Shown here one piece after another: positions 19,014 through 28,091 of a stretch of 64,000 bases of DNA (positions are counted from its first letter, which is position 1; each line of letters begins with the position of its first letter). Under the pieces are notes generated by a model, which had not been told where the DNA came from, ran no database searches, and saw only the letters and a list, made by a program, of their open reading frames with translations. The position numbers were made by a program, and so were the translations under genes. Where the stretch lies: positions 96,001 to 160,000 of the forward strand of contig JBBRLQ010000011.1 in NCBI GenBank assembly GCA_038231275.1, given 5' to 3'. Source of the stretch: Polyangiales bacterium. GTDB taxonomy: Bacteria > Myxococcota_A > Polyangia > Polyangiales > Polyangiaceae.

Positions 19014-20585
19014 TCAGCGCGCGAGCTGCTCGCTCAGCGGGTCCTTCCACTCTGGGAGCATGTTGTCGTCGGTGATGACGCGCGCGGTCGTGACGCGCGC
19101 GAGGAGGCTCTCCTTCGACTCGAGGCCCTCGCGATCCGGCGGCTGCTCCTTGATCGTGTCGGCGAACTCGAGCAGCTCCGCCAGGCGGTTGCGATCGTGC
19201 TCCTCCGAGAGATCGAGCGCCGGCTCGCCGTGGATGCGGATGCCGAGGAGCAGCTCACGCCACTTGTCCTTGTCGAGGGCGAGCGGCTGATCGCTCACCG
19301 CCATGCAGTTGTAGACGCGCATCCCGAACGGGAAGACCGTGAGGCCGGTCTTCATCGCGTCTTCCGAATGGGTCGTGTTGTAGAAGAAGACGCCGCCGGG
19401 CTCGAGGTGCTGCCGCACGAGGCTCATGTACTCGACGGACAAGAGGTTGGTCGCGTGCCCGCGCCAGTGCCACGTCGTGTTCATGACGGCGAGATCGAAT
19501 TTGCGATCGGGGTGGCGCTGGATCCAGCGGCGGCCGTCGTCGATGACGATCTCGATGCGCGGATCGTCGAGCAACCACGCGACCTCGGGGCGCTCGCGGA
19601 TGATCTTCAAGTATCCGGGGTTGATCTCGACGATCGTGAGGTGACGGATGCCGGGGAGGCTCACCACGACCTGCGCCCACGAGCCCGACGCGAGGCCGAC
19701 CATGAGGGCGTCGTGGTACGAAGGGCGCATCGCGCCGAGGGCGTAGGTGCGGAAGATGCCGTTTCGATCGTATCGGACGCCGGCGTTGAAGATGCCGTCG
19801 TAGGCGCCGCCGCCAAAGACCTCGCCGCTGCCGGTGACGGTGATGACGCCGCTCTTGTTCTCGACGATCTCGGCGAAGCGAAAGCCGTCCGACAGCTCCT
19901 TCTTGTATTGGAGCTTCTCCCAGATTCGATCGAACGCGCGCGGGCTCGACGCCCACGTGCCTGCGCCCGCGGCCACCAGCGCCATCCACGCGCCGGCGCC
20001 CTGGAGGCCGCGCGCCTTGCCGGCGACGAGGAGGCCCGCCACGAGGACGAACCCGCTCATCGCGATCGCGAGCGACACCTTCTCGAGGGGCCACGCGTCG
20101 AGCAGCACGTAGCCGACGACGAGGCTGCCACACGCAGAGCCGACGATATTTGCAAGATACACGTACGAGAGGCGGGCGCCGGCGCGGTCGTCGGGCGCGA
20201 TGCCGAAGTGCGCGACCAGCGGCAGCGCGGCGCCGAGGAGCATCGCGGAGAGGGCCACCGGGAGGAGCGCGACCGTCCACGAGGTCGCGGTCGCCGCCCA
20301 CCCGAGGAAGGGGATGACCGAGAACGACAAGAGCTGCGCGAAGAAGACGAACGCGGCGAGCGAGCGGAGCTGCGCGGGATCGAACGTCGCCTGCTTGCGC
20401 TTGCAGTAGGCGCGGCTCGCGAGCGATCCGAACGCGATGCCGAGGAGGTAGAAGCCAAGGAGCAGGCCGAACGTCATCGGCGAGCCCTTGTTGACGAACG
20501 AGAAGACGCGGTACCAGAGAATCTCGTACGCGAGCGAGATGAGGCCGGCGAGCGCGGCGATCGTGGCGGCGAGAGCGAAGCTCAT
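19014..20585 (-). CDS. Membrane domain plus spermidine synthase-like SAM-binding domain (second half of a split fused MFS/spermidine synthase)
   Basis: SLAYEILWYR, YLANIVGS; LMVGLASGS, VEINP, DDGRRW, LSVEY; ATG 20585 overlaps the upstream stop. Confidence 0.85.
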   Translation of the reverse strand: MSFALAATIAALAGLISLAYEILWYRVFSFVNKGSPMTFGLLLGFYLLGIAFGSLASRAYCKRKQATFDPAQLRSLAAFVFFAQLLSFSVIPFLGWAATATSWTVALLPVALSAMLLGAALPLVAHFGIAPDDRAGARLSYVYLANIVGSACGSLVVGYVLLDAWPLEKVSLAIAMSGFVLVAGLLVAGKARGLQGAGAWMALVAAGAGTWASSPRAFDRIWEKLQYKKELSDGFRFAEIVENKSGVITVTGSGEVFGGGAYDGIFNAGVRYDRNGIFRTYALGAMRPSYHDALMVGLASGSWAQVVVSLPGIRHLTIVEINPGYLKIIRERPEVAWLLDDPRIEIVIDDGRRWIQRHPDRKFDLAVMNTTWHWRGHATNLLSVEYMSLVRQHLEPGGVFFYNTTHSEDAMKTGLTVFPFGMRVYNCMAVSDQPLALDKDKWRELLLGIRIHGEPALDLSEEHDRNRLAELLEFADTIKEQPPDREGLESKESLLARVTTARVITDDNMLPEWKDPLSEQLAR

Positions 20586-21268
20586 GCCGTCTCCCGCCCC
20601 TCGGTCGCTACCGCGGTGGAGGCCTCGGCGACGGCCTCGGTCGGAGCCGACGAGGGGGCTTCGCTCGGCGACGACGCGCGCGCCTCCGCGGACTTGCGAT
20701 GCGCGTGGTACGCGTAGATGAGGACGGCGACCGAGAAATTGATCCCGGCGGCGAGGCGCACCGTGCCGGCCTGTCCGAGGCTGCCCATCACGAACGTCGC
20801 GGCCGCGAGCGACGCGAGCGCCGAGCCGAGCGTGTTCACGAAGTAGAGCATTCCGACGCTGCGCCCGACGTTCCCGGAGGCGCGGACCTCGTGCGCGACG
20901 AGGAGGGGGAGGGTGCCGCCCATCAGCATCGTGGGGACGAGGACGAGCGCGAACGTCACGCACGCCGTCGCCGCCGGCGACAAATCGAGCGTCGCTGCGC
21001 CGACGCCGCGGAAGAGCGCGAGCGAGAACAATCCGAACGTCCCGATGCCTGCCTCGACGAGCGAGAAGAGGACCAGCACGGGCCTTCGCGAGTCCTTCGA
21101 CAGCGCGCCGCCCGCGAGGCTCCCGAAGCCGAGCCCCAGCATGAACGCGGTCACCACCATGGTGACCGACTCGATGTTGATGCCGTAGATGGCGAAGAGC
21201 GCGCGCTGCCAGACGAGCTGGTAGAGGAGCGCCGCAAACCCGGAGAGGAAGAATACCAGCCAGATCAA
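20582..21268 (-). CDS. Membrane protein: N-terminal half of fused MFS/spermidine synthase family
   Basis: FFLSGFAALLYQLVW, AFMLGLGFG, PTMLMGGTLP, LYFVNTLGS. Confidence 0.85.
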   Translation of the reverse strand: MIWLVFFLSGFAALLYQLVWQRALFAIYGINIESVTMVVTAFMLGLGFGSLAGGALSKDSRRPVLVLFSLVEAGIGTFGLFSLALFRGVGAATLDLSPAATACVTFALVLVPTMLMGGTLPLLVAHEVRASGNVGRSVGMLYFVNTLGSALASLAAATFVMGSLGQAGTVRLAAGINFSVAVLIYAYHAHRKSAEARASSPSEAPSSAPTEAVAEASTAVATEGRETA

Positions 21269-21280
21269 AGGAGCCGCAGA

Positions 21281-21859
21281 CTACTCCAGATCGGCCACAA
21301 GACTCAGCACGACGTGAGGGGGGAGCTCCACCTTCGCCCGGTAGGTCGGGTGGTCCACGGCGAGCGCGATTTCGCGTGATTCCTTCTTGCGCACGCGGTC
21401 CGCGAGGGCCTTTTCGAGCGGGAATTTGAGGTACAGGACCGCCGAGAGGTGGTCCTCGTGGACGCGCTCCGGGTCCCACTTGGCTGGGACGCGCTCCCCG
21501 TCGATGACGAGGTGGACGTGCTTCTCCATCCCGAGGCCCTTGGCCAGGAACTCGTCGCGCACGTCCTTGTCGTCGATCTCGATCATGATCGTCGCGCTGA
21601 GCTCGTCGTCGCCGGGGACGAGCTCGTTGTACGTCGCGATCTCGTGCTCGACCGAGGCCTTCTTGGTGATGCGCTCGGTGCGGAGCATCTCCTGGATTTG
21701 GTAGAGCGCGGTGTCGTGGTTCTCGAAGACGCAGCTGGCGCGGTCGCCGAGCTTCACGCGGCGCTGCTTCTTCTCCTCGATGATGCGCGAGCGGAAGCGC
21801 TCGCGGATCGCCTCGTACTCGCCGAGACCGAGGATTTCGCTGAGCTCGACGCGATGCAT
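21281..21859 (-). CDS. DUF3501 family protein
   Basis: FEN..T..YQIQEMLR.E, YNELVP, SAVLYLKF. Confidence 0.9.
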   Translation of the reverse strand: MHRVELSEILGLGEYEAIRERFRSRIIEEKKQRRVKLGDRASCVFENHDTALYQIQEMLRTERITKKASVEHEIATYNELVPGDDELSATIMIEIDDKDVRDEFLAKGLGMEKHVHLVIDGERVPAKWDPERVHEDHLSAVLYLKFPLEKALADRVRKKESREIALAVDHPTYRAKVELPPHVVLSLVADLE

Positions 21860-21878
21860 GGCGGTTCTCCTTTCGTCG

Positions 21879-23204
21879 CTACTCGACGGCGACGCCGACG
21901 CCGTACGCGCGGGCGAGCGTCTCGATCGGGTGGAGAGGCTTCCTCCCCATCTCCTTCAGGATGCGCTGGCCGGCGAGCTGGCAGTCGGTGACGACGACCT
22001 CCGCCTCAACGCTGTCGATGCCGCGTACGAGCTTCTGCGCGTACTTGCGGCCCGCCTCGTAGAACTCGGCCTTCATCCCCCACGTGCCGTCGACCGCCGA
22101 GCATTGCTCGACGACCGTGACCTCCGTGTCGGGCAAGAGCGAGAGGACGCGGGCGCCGGGGAAGCCCATTTTCTGAGCGCGGAGGTGACACGGCGCGTGG
22201 TAGGCGACCTTGCCGAGCCCCTCTTTGAAGTCGCGCGAGAGCTTCTTCTCCTTGCGTAACCGATCGAGAAATTCCATCAAATCGAGCGTGTGCGCCGCGA
22301 CGCGCTCGGTGTCGGGTCCGGGGAGGAGATCGCGGTACTCCTTCTTGATGACGTACGAGCACGTCGGCTGCGGGACGACGATCGTGTGACCCTTGTCGAT
22401 CTCCGCGAGCAGGATCGCGATGTTGATCTTGGCCTTCGCGCGCGCCGCGTCGACGTCGCCGCCGTCGAGGTTCGGGATGCCGCAGCACACCTGGCCCTGC
22501 GGGCGAACGACCGCGAAGCCGTTCTTCTCGAGGACGCGCACCGCGTTGGCGCCGACGGAGGGGAAGTTGTAGTCGCACGTGCACGTCGAGAACATCGCGA
22601 CGGTGCCGGCGCTGCCCGAGCCCTCGAGCGGCTCGTGGCTATTTAGCCATTTTTCGAACGTGGTCGCTGCAAACGGCGGTAGCGGAAACTCGGCGGAGAT
22701 GCCGAGCACCTTCTCGTTGATCTTGCGCGTCAGCCGGTTCGCGTTGACGAGGTTCATCACCGGCGAAAAAATTCCGGACGCCGCCGCGCCGAGCTTGCCT
22801 GGCTCGCCGAGGATCGTGTCGGTGAGGGTGACGCCGTTGCGCTTCGCACGGTTGATCTTCTCGCGCGTGAGGAGGCGAGGGACGTCGATCATCCACTCGT
22901 GCCCTTCGTCTGGCGTGTACGGGCACTTGATGTAGCAGAGCTTGCACTGCCAGCAGTTGTCCGTGATGCTCGCGAAGTCCTTGTCGTTCAGCCGCTCGGC
23001 GCCGGTCGCTCCCGCGTCGATGTCGCGATCCACACGCCCGAACATGTCGGGGAACGACGGGCAATAGTTCACGCACATCCGGCAGCCGTGGCACACCTCG
23101 AAGACACGCCGCAGCTCCCCCTCGAGATCCTTCGCGTCGAAATAACGGGGATCGGTGGGTCTGGTGGCGGGAGGGGAAGCGGGCTTCGGATCGATCTTGG
23201 ACAT
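21879..23204 (-). CDS. Rubrerythrin-associated Fe-S oxidoreductase (4Fe-4S dicluster plus CCG domains)
   Basis: [41 protein letters not shown]. Confidence 0.9.
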   Translation of the reverse strand: MSKIDPKPASPPATRPTDPRYFDAKDLEGELRRVFEVCHGCRMCVNYCPSFPDMFGRVDRDIDAGATGAERLNDKDFASITDNCWQCKLCYIKCPYTPDEGHEWMIDVPRLLTREKINRAKRNGVTLTDTILGEPGKLGAAASGIFSPVMNLVNANRLTRKINEKVLGISAEFPLPPFAATTFEKWLNSHEPLEGSGSAGTVAMFSTCTCDYNFPSVGANAVRVLEKNGFAVVRPQGQVCCGIPNLDGGDVDAARAKAKINIAILLAEIDKGHTIVVPQPTCSYVIKKEYRDLLPGPDTERVAAHTLDLMEFLDRLRKEKKLSRDFKEGLGKVAYHAPCHLRAQKMGFPGARVLSLLPDTEVTVVEQCSAVDGTWGMKAEFYEAGRKYAQKLVRGIDSVEAEVVVTDCQLAGQRILKEMGRKPLHPIETLARAYGVGVAVE

Positions 23205-23245
23205 CGGAGTCGGAGTCGGAGTCGGGGTCGGAGTCGGAGTCGGAG
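23204..23245. repeat. Hexamer tandem repeat (TCGGAG)x7, one copy TCGGGG
   Basis: Read directly; lies between the rubrerythrin stop and the oxidoreductase ATG. Confidence 0.95.
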
Positions 23246-23284
23246 AGCAGGTTGTGCTGCCCTCCGACCGTCCGACGTGCTCGT

Positions 23285-23710
23285 TCAGTTCTTCAGCAAC
23301 TCGAGCATCTTCGTGAAACGCCCCGCGTGGCTCTTCTCCGCCTTCGCGAGCGTCTCGAACCACTCGGCGATGTCGTCGAAGCCCTCGTCGCGCGCGGCCT
23401 TCGCCATGCTCGGGTACATCGACTCGTACTCGTGCGTCTCGCCCTTGATCGACGCCTGAAGGTTCTTCTCCGTGTTGCCGATCGGGAGGCCCGTCGCCGG
23501 ATCACCGACCTGTTTCAAGAAGTCGAGGTGGCCGTGCGCGTGGCCGGTCTCGCCGTCCGCGGTCTCCTTGAAGTTGCCGGCGATCTCCGGGAAGCCCTCG
23601 ACGTCCGCGACCTTTGCGAAATACAGGTAGCGGCGGTTCGCCTGCGACTCGCCGGCGAAGGCGTCCTTCAGGTTCTGGTGCGTCTTGGTTCCGTTCAGTG
23701 ACTTGGCCAT
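23285..23710 (-). CDS. Short rubrerythrin lacking the rubredoxin domain
   Basis: [44 protein letters not shown]. Confidence 0.95.
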   Translation of the reverse strand: MAKSLNGTKTHQNLKDAFAGESQANRRYLYFAKVADVEGFPEIAGNFKETADGETGHAHGHLDFLKQVGDPATGLPIGNTEKNLQASIKGETHEYESMYPSMAKAARDEGFDDIAEWFETLAKAEKSHAGRFTKMLELLKN

Positions 23711-23731
23711 GGCTGTCTCCTTTTCACAAAC

Positions 23732-24217
23732 TCAAGAAACGTTCTCTTCGCGCTCGGCCCGCGCGCACGCAGCGCACGAGCCTCGGTAGATTCGCTCGAC
23801 CGCGCGCACGCGGAAGCCGGGGGCCGCGCGGCCGAGGCGCTTCACGGCGGCCGGCGACGGGGCGAGCGATGGGGCCGGCACGTCTCCGATGGCGCCGCAC
23901 GCCTCGCACACGACGTGGTGGTGCGGTGTGGTGTTCGGATCGAAGCGCGCGGCCTGCCCGACGCGGAGCGTGCCGCTGAGCCCCGCGGCGGCGAGCGCGT
24001 CGAGCGTGTTGTAGACGGTCGCGAAGCTCATTTGCGGGAACTCCGGGCGCAGGCGATCGTAGAGCTCCTGCGCGGTCGGGTGCGTGGCGTCGCTCGCGAA
24101 GTGGCGGACGATCGCCTCGCGCTGCGCCGTGAGCTTGAGGCCGGCGCGCTTCAGGTCCCCGAGCATCTCGCGCGCGCGCGCGTCGATCTCGTGGGGGCTC
24201 GGCGCTCGCTTCGTCAT
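23732..24217 (-). CDS. Fur family regulator, PerR-like
   Basis: LTAQR, HPTA, SFATVYNTL, RFD, HHHVVCEACG, CAAC. Confidence 0.92.
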   Translation of the reverse strand: MTKRAPSPHEIDARAREMLGDLKRAGLKLTAQREAIVRHFASDATHPTAQELYDRLRPEFPQMSFATVYNTLDALAAAGLSGTLRVGQAARFDPNTTPHHHVVCEACGAIGDVPAPSLAPSPAAVKRLGRAAPGFRVRAVERIYRGSCAACARAEREENVS

Positions 24218-24232
24218 CGCGCAGAGAACGTA

Positions 24233-24249
24233 ATGAGAAACTTTCTAAA
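24233..24249 (-). promoter_or_regulatory. Putative PerR/Irr-type operator
   Basis: TTTAGAA-AGT-TTCTCAT on the minus strand: AT-rich near-palindrome just upstream of the Fur-family start. Confidence 0.7.
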
Positions 24250-24286
24250 GTGCAACGGTCGACGAACCGACGGAATTTCCCGCGGT

Positions 24287-26125
24287 TCAGCTCCGTTTTC
24301 GACCGCCGAGGACGGCGAGGCGGAAATACGACAGCTGGCTCTTCGCCGCTTGCGCGACCAGATCGAGCGCGTTCTTGTCGCGCGCGCCGGTTCGCCCGGC
24401 GAGCGCGCCGCCCTCGTAGAGCTCGCGCGTCTTGGCGCGCTGGAGCTTGCCGCTCGAGGTCTTGGGGAGCGCGCCCGGGACGACCACGACGACGTCGTCG
24501 AGCGTGAGCGCCATGCCCTCTTGCACCGCCTTGCGCACCGCCTGGCAGAGGGCCTGCGCCGCCTCCGGGCTGTTGGCCTCTTGGGCCTCGAACGCGACGA
24601 CCACGCGCTCGCGATCGCGGTCCGTGCCCCTCGGATCGCGCGCGCCGAACGCGATGACGTTCCCCTTGCGAACGCCCGGCACCTTGCCAGCCTCCCACTC
24701 CATGTCCTGCGGGTAGTAGTTGCGGCCGTTGAGGATGACGACCTCCTTCGAGCGCCCGCAGATGTAGACGCGCCCGTCGTGGACGAAGCCTAGGTCGCCG
24801 GTGCGGAGGAACGGGCCGGCGAAGGCGTCGCGCGTGCGCTCCGCGTCTTCCCAGTAACCCTTCATGACGCTGGGCCCGGCGATGCGGATCTCGCCGACCT
24901 TGCCGTCGGGCAGCGGGCGCTCGCTCGACGCGTCGTCGGCGTCGAAGATCCGGACGGTGTGATCCGGGAACTCGCGCCCGCACGACACGAGGCGAACGGC
25001 CCGCTCGTCGTCGCCCGTCACGATCTTCGCCTCGCTCTCGGCGTAGAGCACCTCCCCGTCGACGGCGAGCGTCTTCACGCCTTCGCCGAGCTCGCTGAAC
25101 GTGACGGCGAGCGAGGACTCGGCCATTCCGTACGACGGGAGCAGCGCCTCCTTCGCGAAGCCGACCGACGCGAAGGCCGCCGCGAATCTGTCGAGCGTCT
25201 CCGGCCGAATGGGCTCGGCCCCGCAGCCGGCGACGCGCCAGCTCGAGAGATCGAGGCCCGCAAGCTCCCTCTCACGGATGCGCTTCACGCAGAGCGCGTA
25301 GGCGAAATTGGGCCCAAACGCGATCGTCCCCTTGTGGCGCGAGATCGCCTGGAACCAGCTCACCGGCCGCTTCAGGAAGAGCAGCGGCGGCAAGAACACC
25401 ACTGGGACGCGGTGGAAGATTGGCGCCAGCACGAAGCCGATGAGCCCCATGTCGTGGTAGAGCGGCAGCCACGATACGCCGATATCGCCGTCACGCGCGT
25501 GGAGGCCGTCGTCCATGATGCACTTCACGTTGCGGGCGAGGTTCTCGTGCGTCAGCGCAACGCCTTTGGGGCGCGACGTCGAGCCGCTCGTGAACTGCAG
25601 GAACGCGAGATCGTCCATCCCGATTTTCTCGGGTTTGAGCGCCTCCATCGACTCGCGGATCCCTTCGATGGCGACGACCTCCTCGAGCGCCGGGCAGGCG
25701 GCCTGGACCGTCCCGAGGAGGCGCTTGATCTTGGAGCTCGTGACCAGCGCGCGCGCGCCGCTCTTGGCGACCACGTGCCGCGTGTTGTCGAGGTAGGCCT
25801 GAAGCTGCCCGAGGCCGAGGGGCGGGTAGATGGGGACCGGCACGATGCCCGCGCGGATCGCGCCGAAAAAGCAGAGGACGAAATCCTCGTTGGTCGGCAG
25901 GACGAGCGCGACGCGGTCACCCTTCTTGAGACCGAGGGCCTGGAGCGCGCCGCCATAGCGCGCGCTGGCGCGTTCGATCGCGGTGAAGGAGAACGACGCC
26001 TCGCTGGTGCCCGATCCGGGCGATGTGCCAGGGACGCCCTCCTCGGGGACGAAGCGAAAGCCTCGCGTGGGGTCGGCCTTGGCGGCCTCCTCGACGGCGT
26101 GAGCGAGCGTGATGAGCGCAGGCAT
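24287..26125 (-). CDS. Fatty acyl-AMP ligase (FAAL)
   Basis: LQFTSGSTSRPKGV, SWLPLYHDMGLIG, YGMAE, LRTGDLG, GRNYYPQD, LPKTSSGK. Confidence 0.92.
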   Translation of the reverse strand: MPALITLAHAVEEAAKADPTRGFRFVPEEGVPGTSPGSGTSEASFSFTAIERASARYGGALQALGLKKGDRVALVLPTNEDFVLCFFGAIRAGIVPVPIYPPLGLGQLQAYLDNTRHVVAKSGARALVTSSKIKRLLGTVQAACPALEEVVAIEGIRESMEALKPEKIGMDDLAFLQFTSGSTSRPKGVALTHENLARNVKCIMDDGLHARDGDIGVSWLPLYHDMGLIGFVLAPIFHRVPVVFLPPLLFLKRPVSWFQAISRHKGTIAFGPNFAYALCVKRIRERELAGLDLSSWRVAGCGAEPIRPETLDRFAAAFASVGFAKEALLPSYGMAESSLAVTFSELGEGVKTLAVDGEVLYAESEAKIVTGDDERAVRLVSCGREFPDHTVRIFDADDASSERPLPDGKVGEIRIAGPSVMKGYWEDAERTRDAFAGPFLRTGDLGFVHDGRVYICGRSKEVVILNGRNYYPQDMEWEAGKVPGVRKGNVIAFGARDPRGTDRDRERVVVAFEAQEANSPEAAQALCQAVRKAVQEGMALTLDDVVVVVPGALPKTSSGKLQRAKTRELYEGGALAGRTGARDKNALDLVAQAAKSQLSYFRLAVLGGRKRS

Positions 26126-26216
26126 CGTGGCCCGGGTTTAGCAGAGGCGCGGCCGGTCCACAAAATGGAGACTACGGCGTCGGTGTGACCAAAATGATGT
26201 AAAGAACGGGCCCTAG

Positions 26217-27482
26217 ATGACTCCTTCTTTTGTGCGCGCGGCGGGGTGCAAGGTCGCCCTTGCCGCGCTGGCCGCCCTCGCGGTCCTTCTTTTCTCGGAA
26301 TCGGCGCACGCGTACGCGTGGATGATTCGCCACGAATACACCGCGTGCGCACAGTGCCACGCCGATCCCTCGGGCGGCAGCCTTCTCACCTTGTATGGAC
26401 GCGCGCAGGGCGAGCTGCTCCTCCGCACGCCGTACCGGAAGCGCGCGGACGACGAGGAGGCCGGCAAGGTCGCGAACTTCCTGTTCGGCGCGTTCGATTT
26501 GCCGGAGTCGGTCCTCCTCGGCGCCGACGCGCGATCGCTCAGCCTCGCCCAGCGCACCAGCGCCGGCTCGCTCAAGGACGTGCGCTACCGGTTCTTCGAC
26601 GGCAAGCGGCCTCCCCTCATCATGCAGGCGGACGCGCAGGGTCAGGTGACGGTCGGGCGTTTCCGCGCGAACGCGAGCGCCGGCTACGCGTACGACGGCG
26701 CGCTCGCCGCGTCGCTCACGCGCGGTCAGGATCAGTCGGGCCGCGCCGTCTCGCGCGCGCACTGGCTTGGCGTGGATCTCGGCGAGGACAAGCAGTTTCT
26801 CCTTCGCGGCGGCCGCATCAACTTGCCGTTCGGCCTCCGACACATCGAGCACACGATGTGGGTCCGCTCCGCGACGCGCACCGACACCAACGCGGCGCAG
26901 GATCACGGCGTCGCCTTCTCGTACAGCGGCGCCGGTCTCCGCGCGGAGGTGATGGCGATCGCCGGCAACTTCCAGGTTCGCCCCGACGCGTTCCGCGATC
27001 GCGGATATGCGGGCTATGTCGAGCTCGCGCCGACGCAGAGGCTGACGGTCGGCGGCAGCAGCATGGTCGTGCACGCCGACGACGATCTGCGCCTCGGCAC
27101 GCCCATCTGGCGCCACGCGCACGGCGTCTTCGGGCGCTTCTCCCCGCTGCCGATGCTCGTCCTCCTCGCCGAGTCCGATCTGCTCGTGCAGTCCCAGCCC
27201 GTCGGCGCCATCAACTCGCACCGCACGCAAGTCGGCACCGCGAACCTCCTCCAAGCCGACGTCGAGCCGGTGCAAGGCGTCCACGTCATCGTGGCGGGCG
27301 AGCTCTACGATCAGGAGCCCGCACGCATCGGCCCGACGTTCGACGTCTGGGGCGGCGCGCAGTGGTTCTTCGCGCCGCACGCCGATTTCAGGCTCGATCT
27401 GGTCTACGAAGCGCGGCCCGTGTCGACCACCCTTACCGCGGGGGCGACGACCTTCCTCGCGCAGTTCCACGTGTACCTGTGA
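26217..27482 (+). CDS. Fused monoheme cytochrome c-porin, Cyc2-like architecture
   Basis: Signal peptide AHA; CAQCH about 12 residues after cleavage followed by LTLYGR; remainder beta-strand pattern ending QFHVYL. Confidence 0.7.
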   Translation: MTPSFVRAAGCKVALAALAALAVLLFSESAHAYAWMIRHEYTACAQCHADPSGGSLLTLYGRAQGELLLRTPYRKRADDEEAGKVANFLFGAFDLPESVLLGADARSLSLAQRTSAGSLKDVRYRFFDGKRPPLIMQADAQGQVTVGRFRANASAGYAYDGALAASLTRGQDQSGRAVSRAHWLGVDLGEDKQFLLRGGRINLPFGLRHIEHTMWVRSATRTDTNAAQDHGVAFSYSGAGLRAEVMAIAGNFQVRPDAFRDRGYAGYVELAPTQRLTVGGSSMVVHADDDLRLGTPIWRHAHGVFGRFSPLPMLVLLAESDLLVQSQPVGAINSHRTQVGTANLLQADVEPVQGVHVIVAGELYDQEPARIGPTFDVWGGAQWFFAPHADFRLDLVYEARPVSTTLTAGATTFLAQFHVYL

Positions 27483-27490
27483 GGCCCACG

Positions 27491-28075
27491 ATGCAAATTC
27501 GTCGTCACAGGCTCGCTCCGGTTGCTCCCGTCGCGCTGGTCGCTCCGGTCGCCCTGGCCGCCGCGCTCCTGTCGTGGGCGTCGCCGTCGAGCGCGTCGTC
27601 GATTTTTCCGGGCGAGGTCCAGTCGCACCTCGGCCTCAAGACCATTCCGGTGTGCACGCTCTGCCACGCCAGCCTCTCGGGCGGCACCGGCACCGCGATC
27701 AAGCCCTTCGCCGTCACGCTGCGCGCCAACGGCGCCGTCGCCGGGAGCACGAGCTCGGTCGATGCCGCGCTCGACGCGATGGCGAGCAAGGGCACCGACA
27801 GCGACGGCGACTGCGTGGGCGACATCGACGAGCTCAAGGCCGGGACCGATCCCGACAACGGCGCCGACAACCCCGGCTCGTGCGACGGCGGCGCGCATGA
27901 CGGCGGTTCGAGCAGCGGAGCTCCCGCGATGCCGCTCACCCCCGAATACGGATGCGCCGCCGCGCCGCGCACCGACAGCTCGGGCTCTGGCGGACCCGCG
28001 CCGTTCGCGATCCTCGCCTCGCTCGGCGCGTGGGTCGTCCTCCGTCGCGGCCGCCGCGTGGAGCGCAGGCCGTGA
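27491..28075 (+). CDS. Monoheme CxxCH protein with DxDxD Ca-binding repeat and MYXO-CTERM-like sorting tail
   Basis: Signal peptide; CTLCH; DSDGDCVGDIDEL; YGCAAA, hydrophobic helix, RRGRR. Confidence 0.72.
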   Translation: MQIRRHRLAPVAPVALVAPVALAAALLSWASPSSASSIFPGEVQSHLGLKTIPVCTLCHASLSGGTGTAIKPFAVTLRANGAVAGSTSSVDAALDAMASKGTDSDGDCVGDIDELKAGTDPDNGADNPGSCDGGAHDGGSSSGAPAMPLTPEYGCAAAPRTDSSGSGGPAPFAILASLGAWVVLRRGRRVERRP

Positions 28076-28091
28076 ACCTCTCTCGGGCACC

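Noticed and set aside
23205..23363. N-terminal extension with PTPTPT on the Fe-S oxidoreductase
   Set aside because: Requires a start inside rubrerythrin in another frame; ATG 23204 fits better, so the repeat is treated as non-coding.
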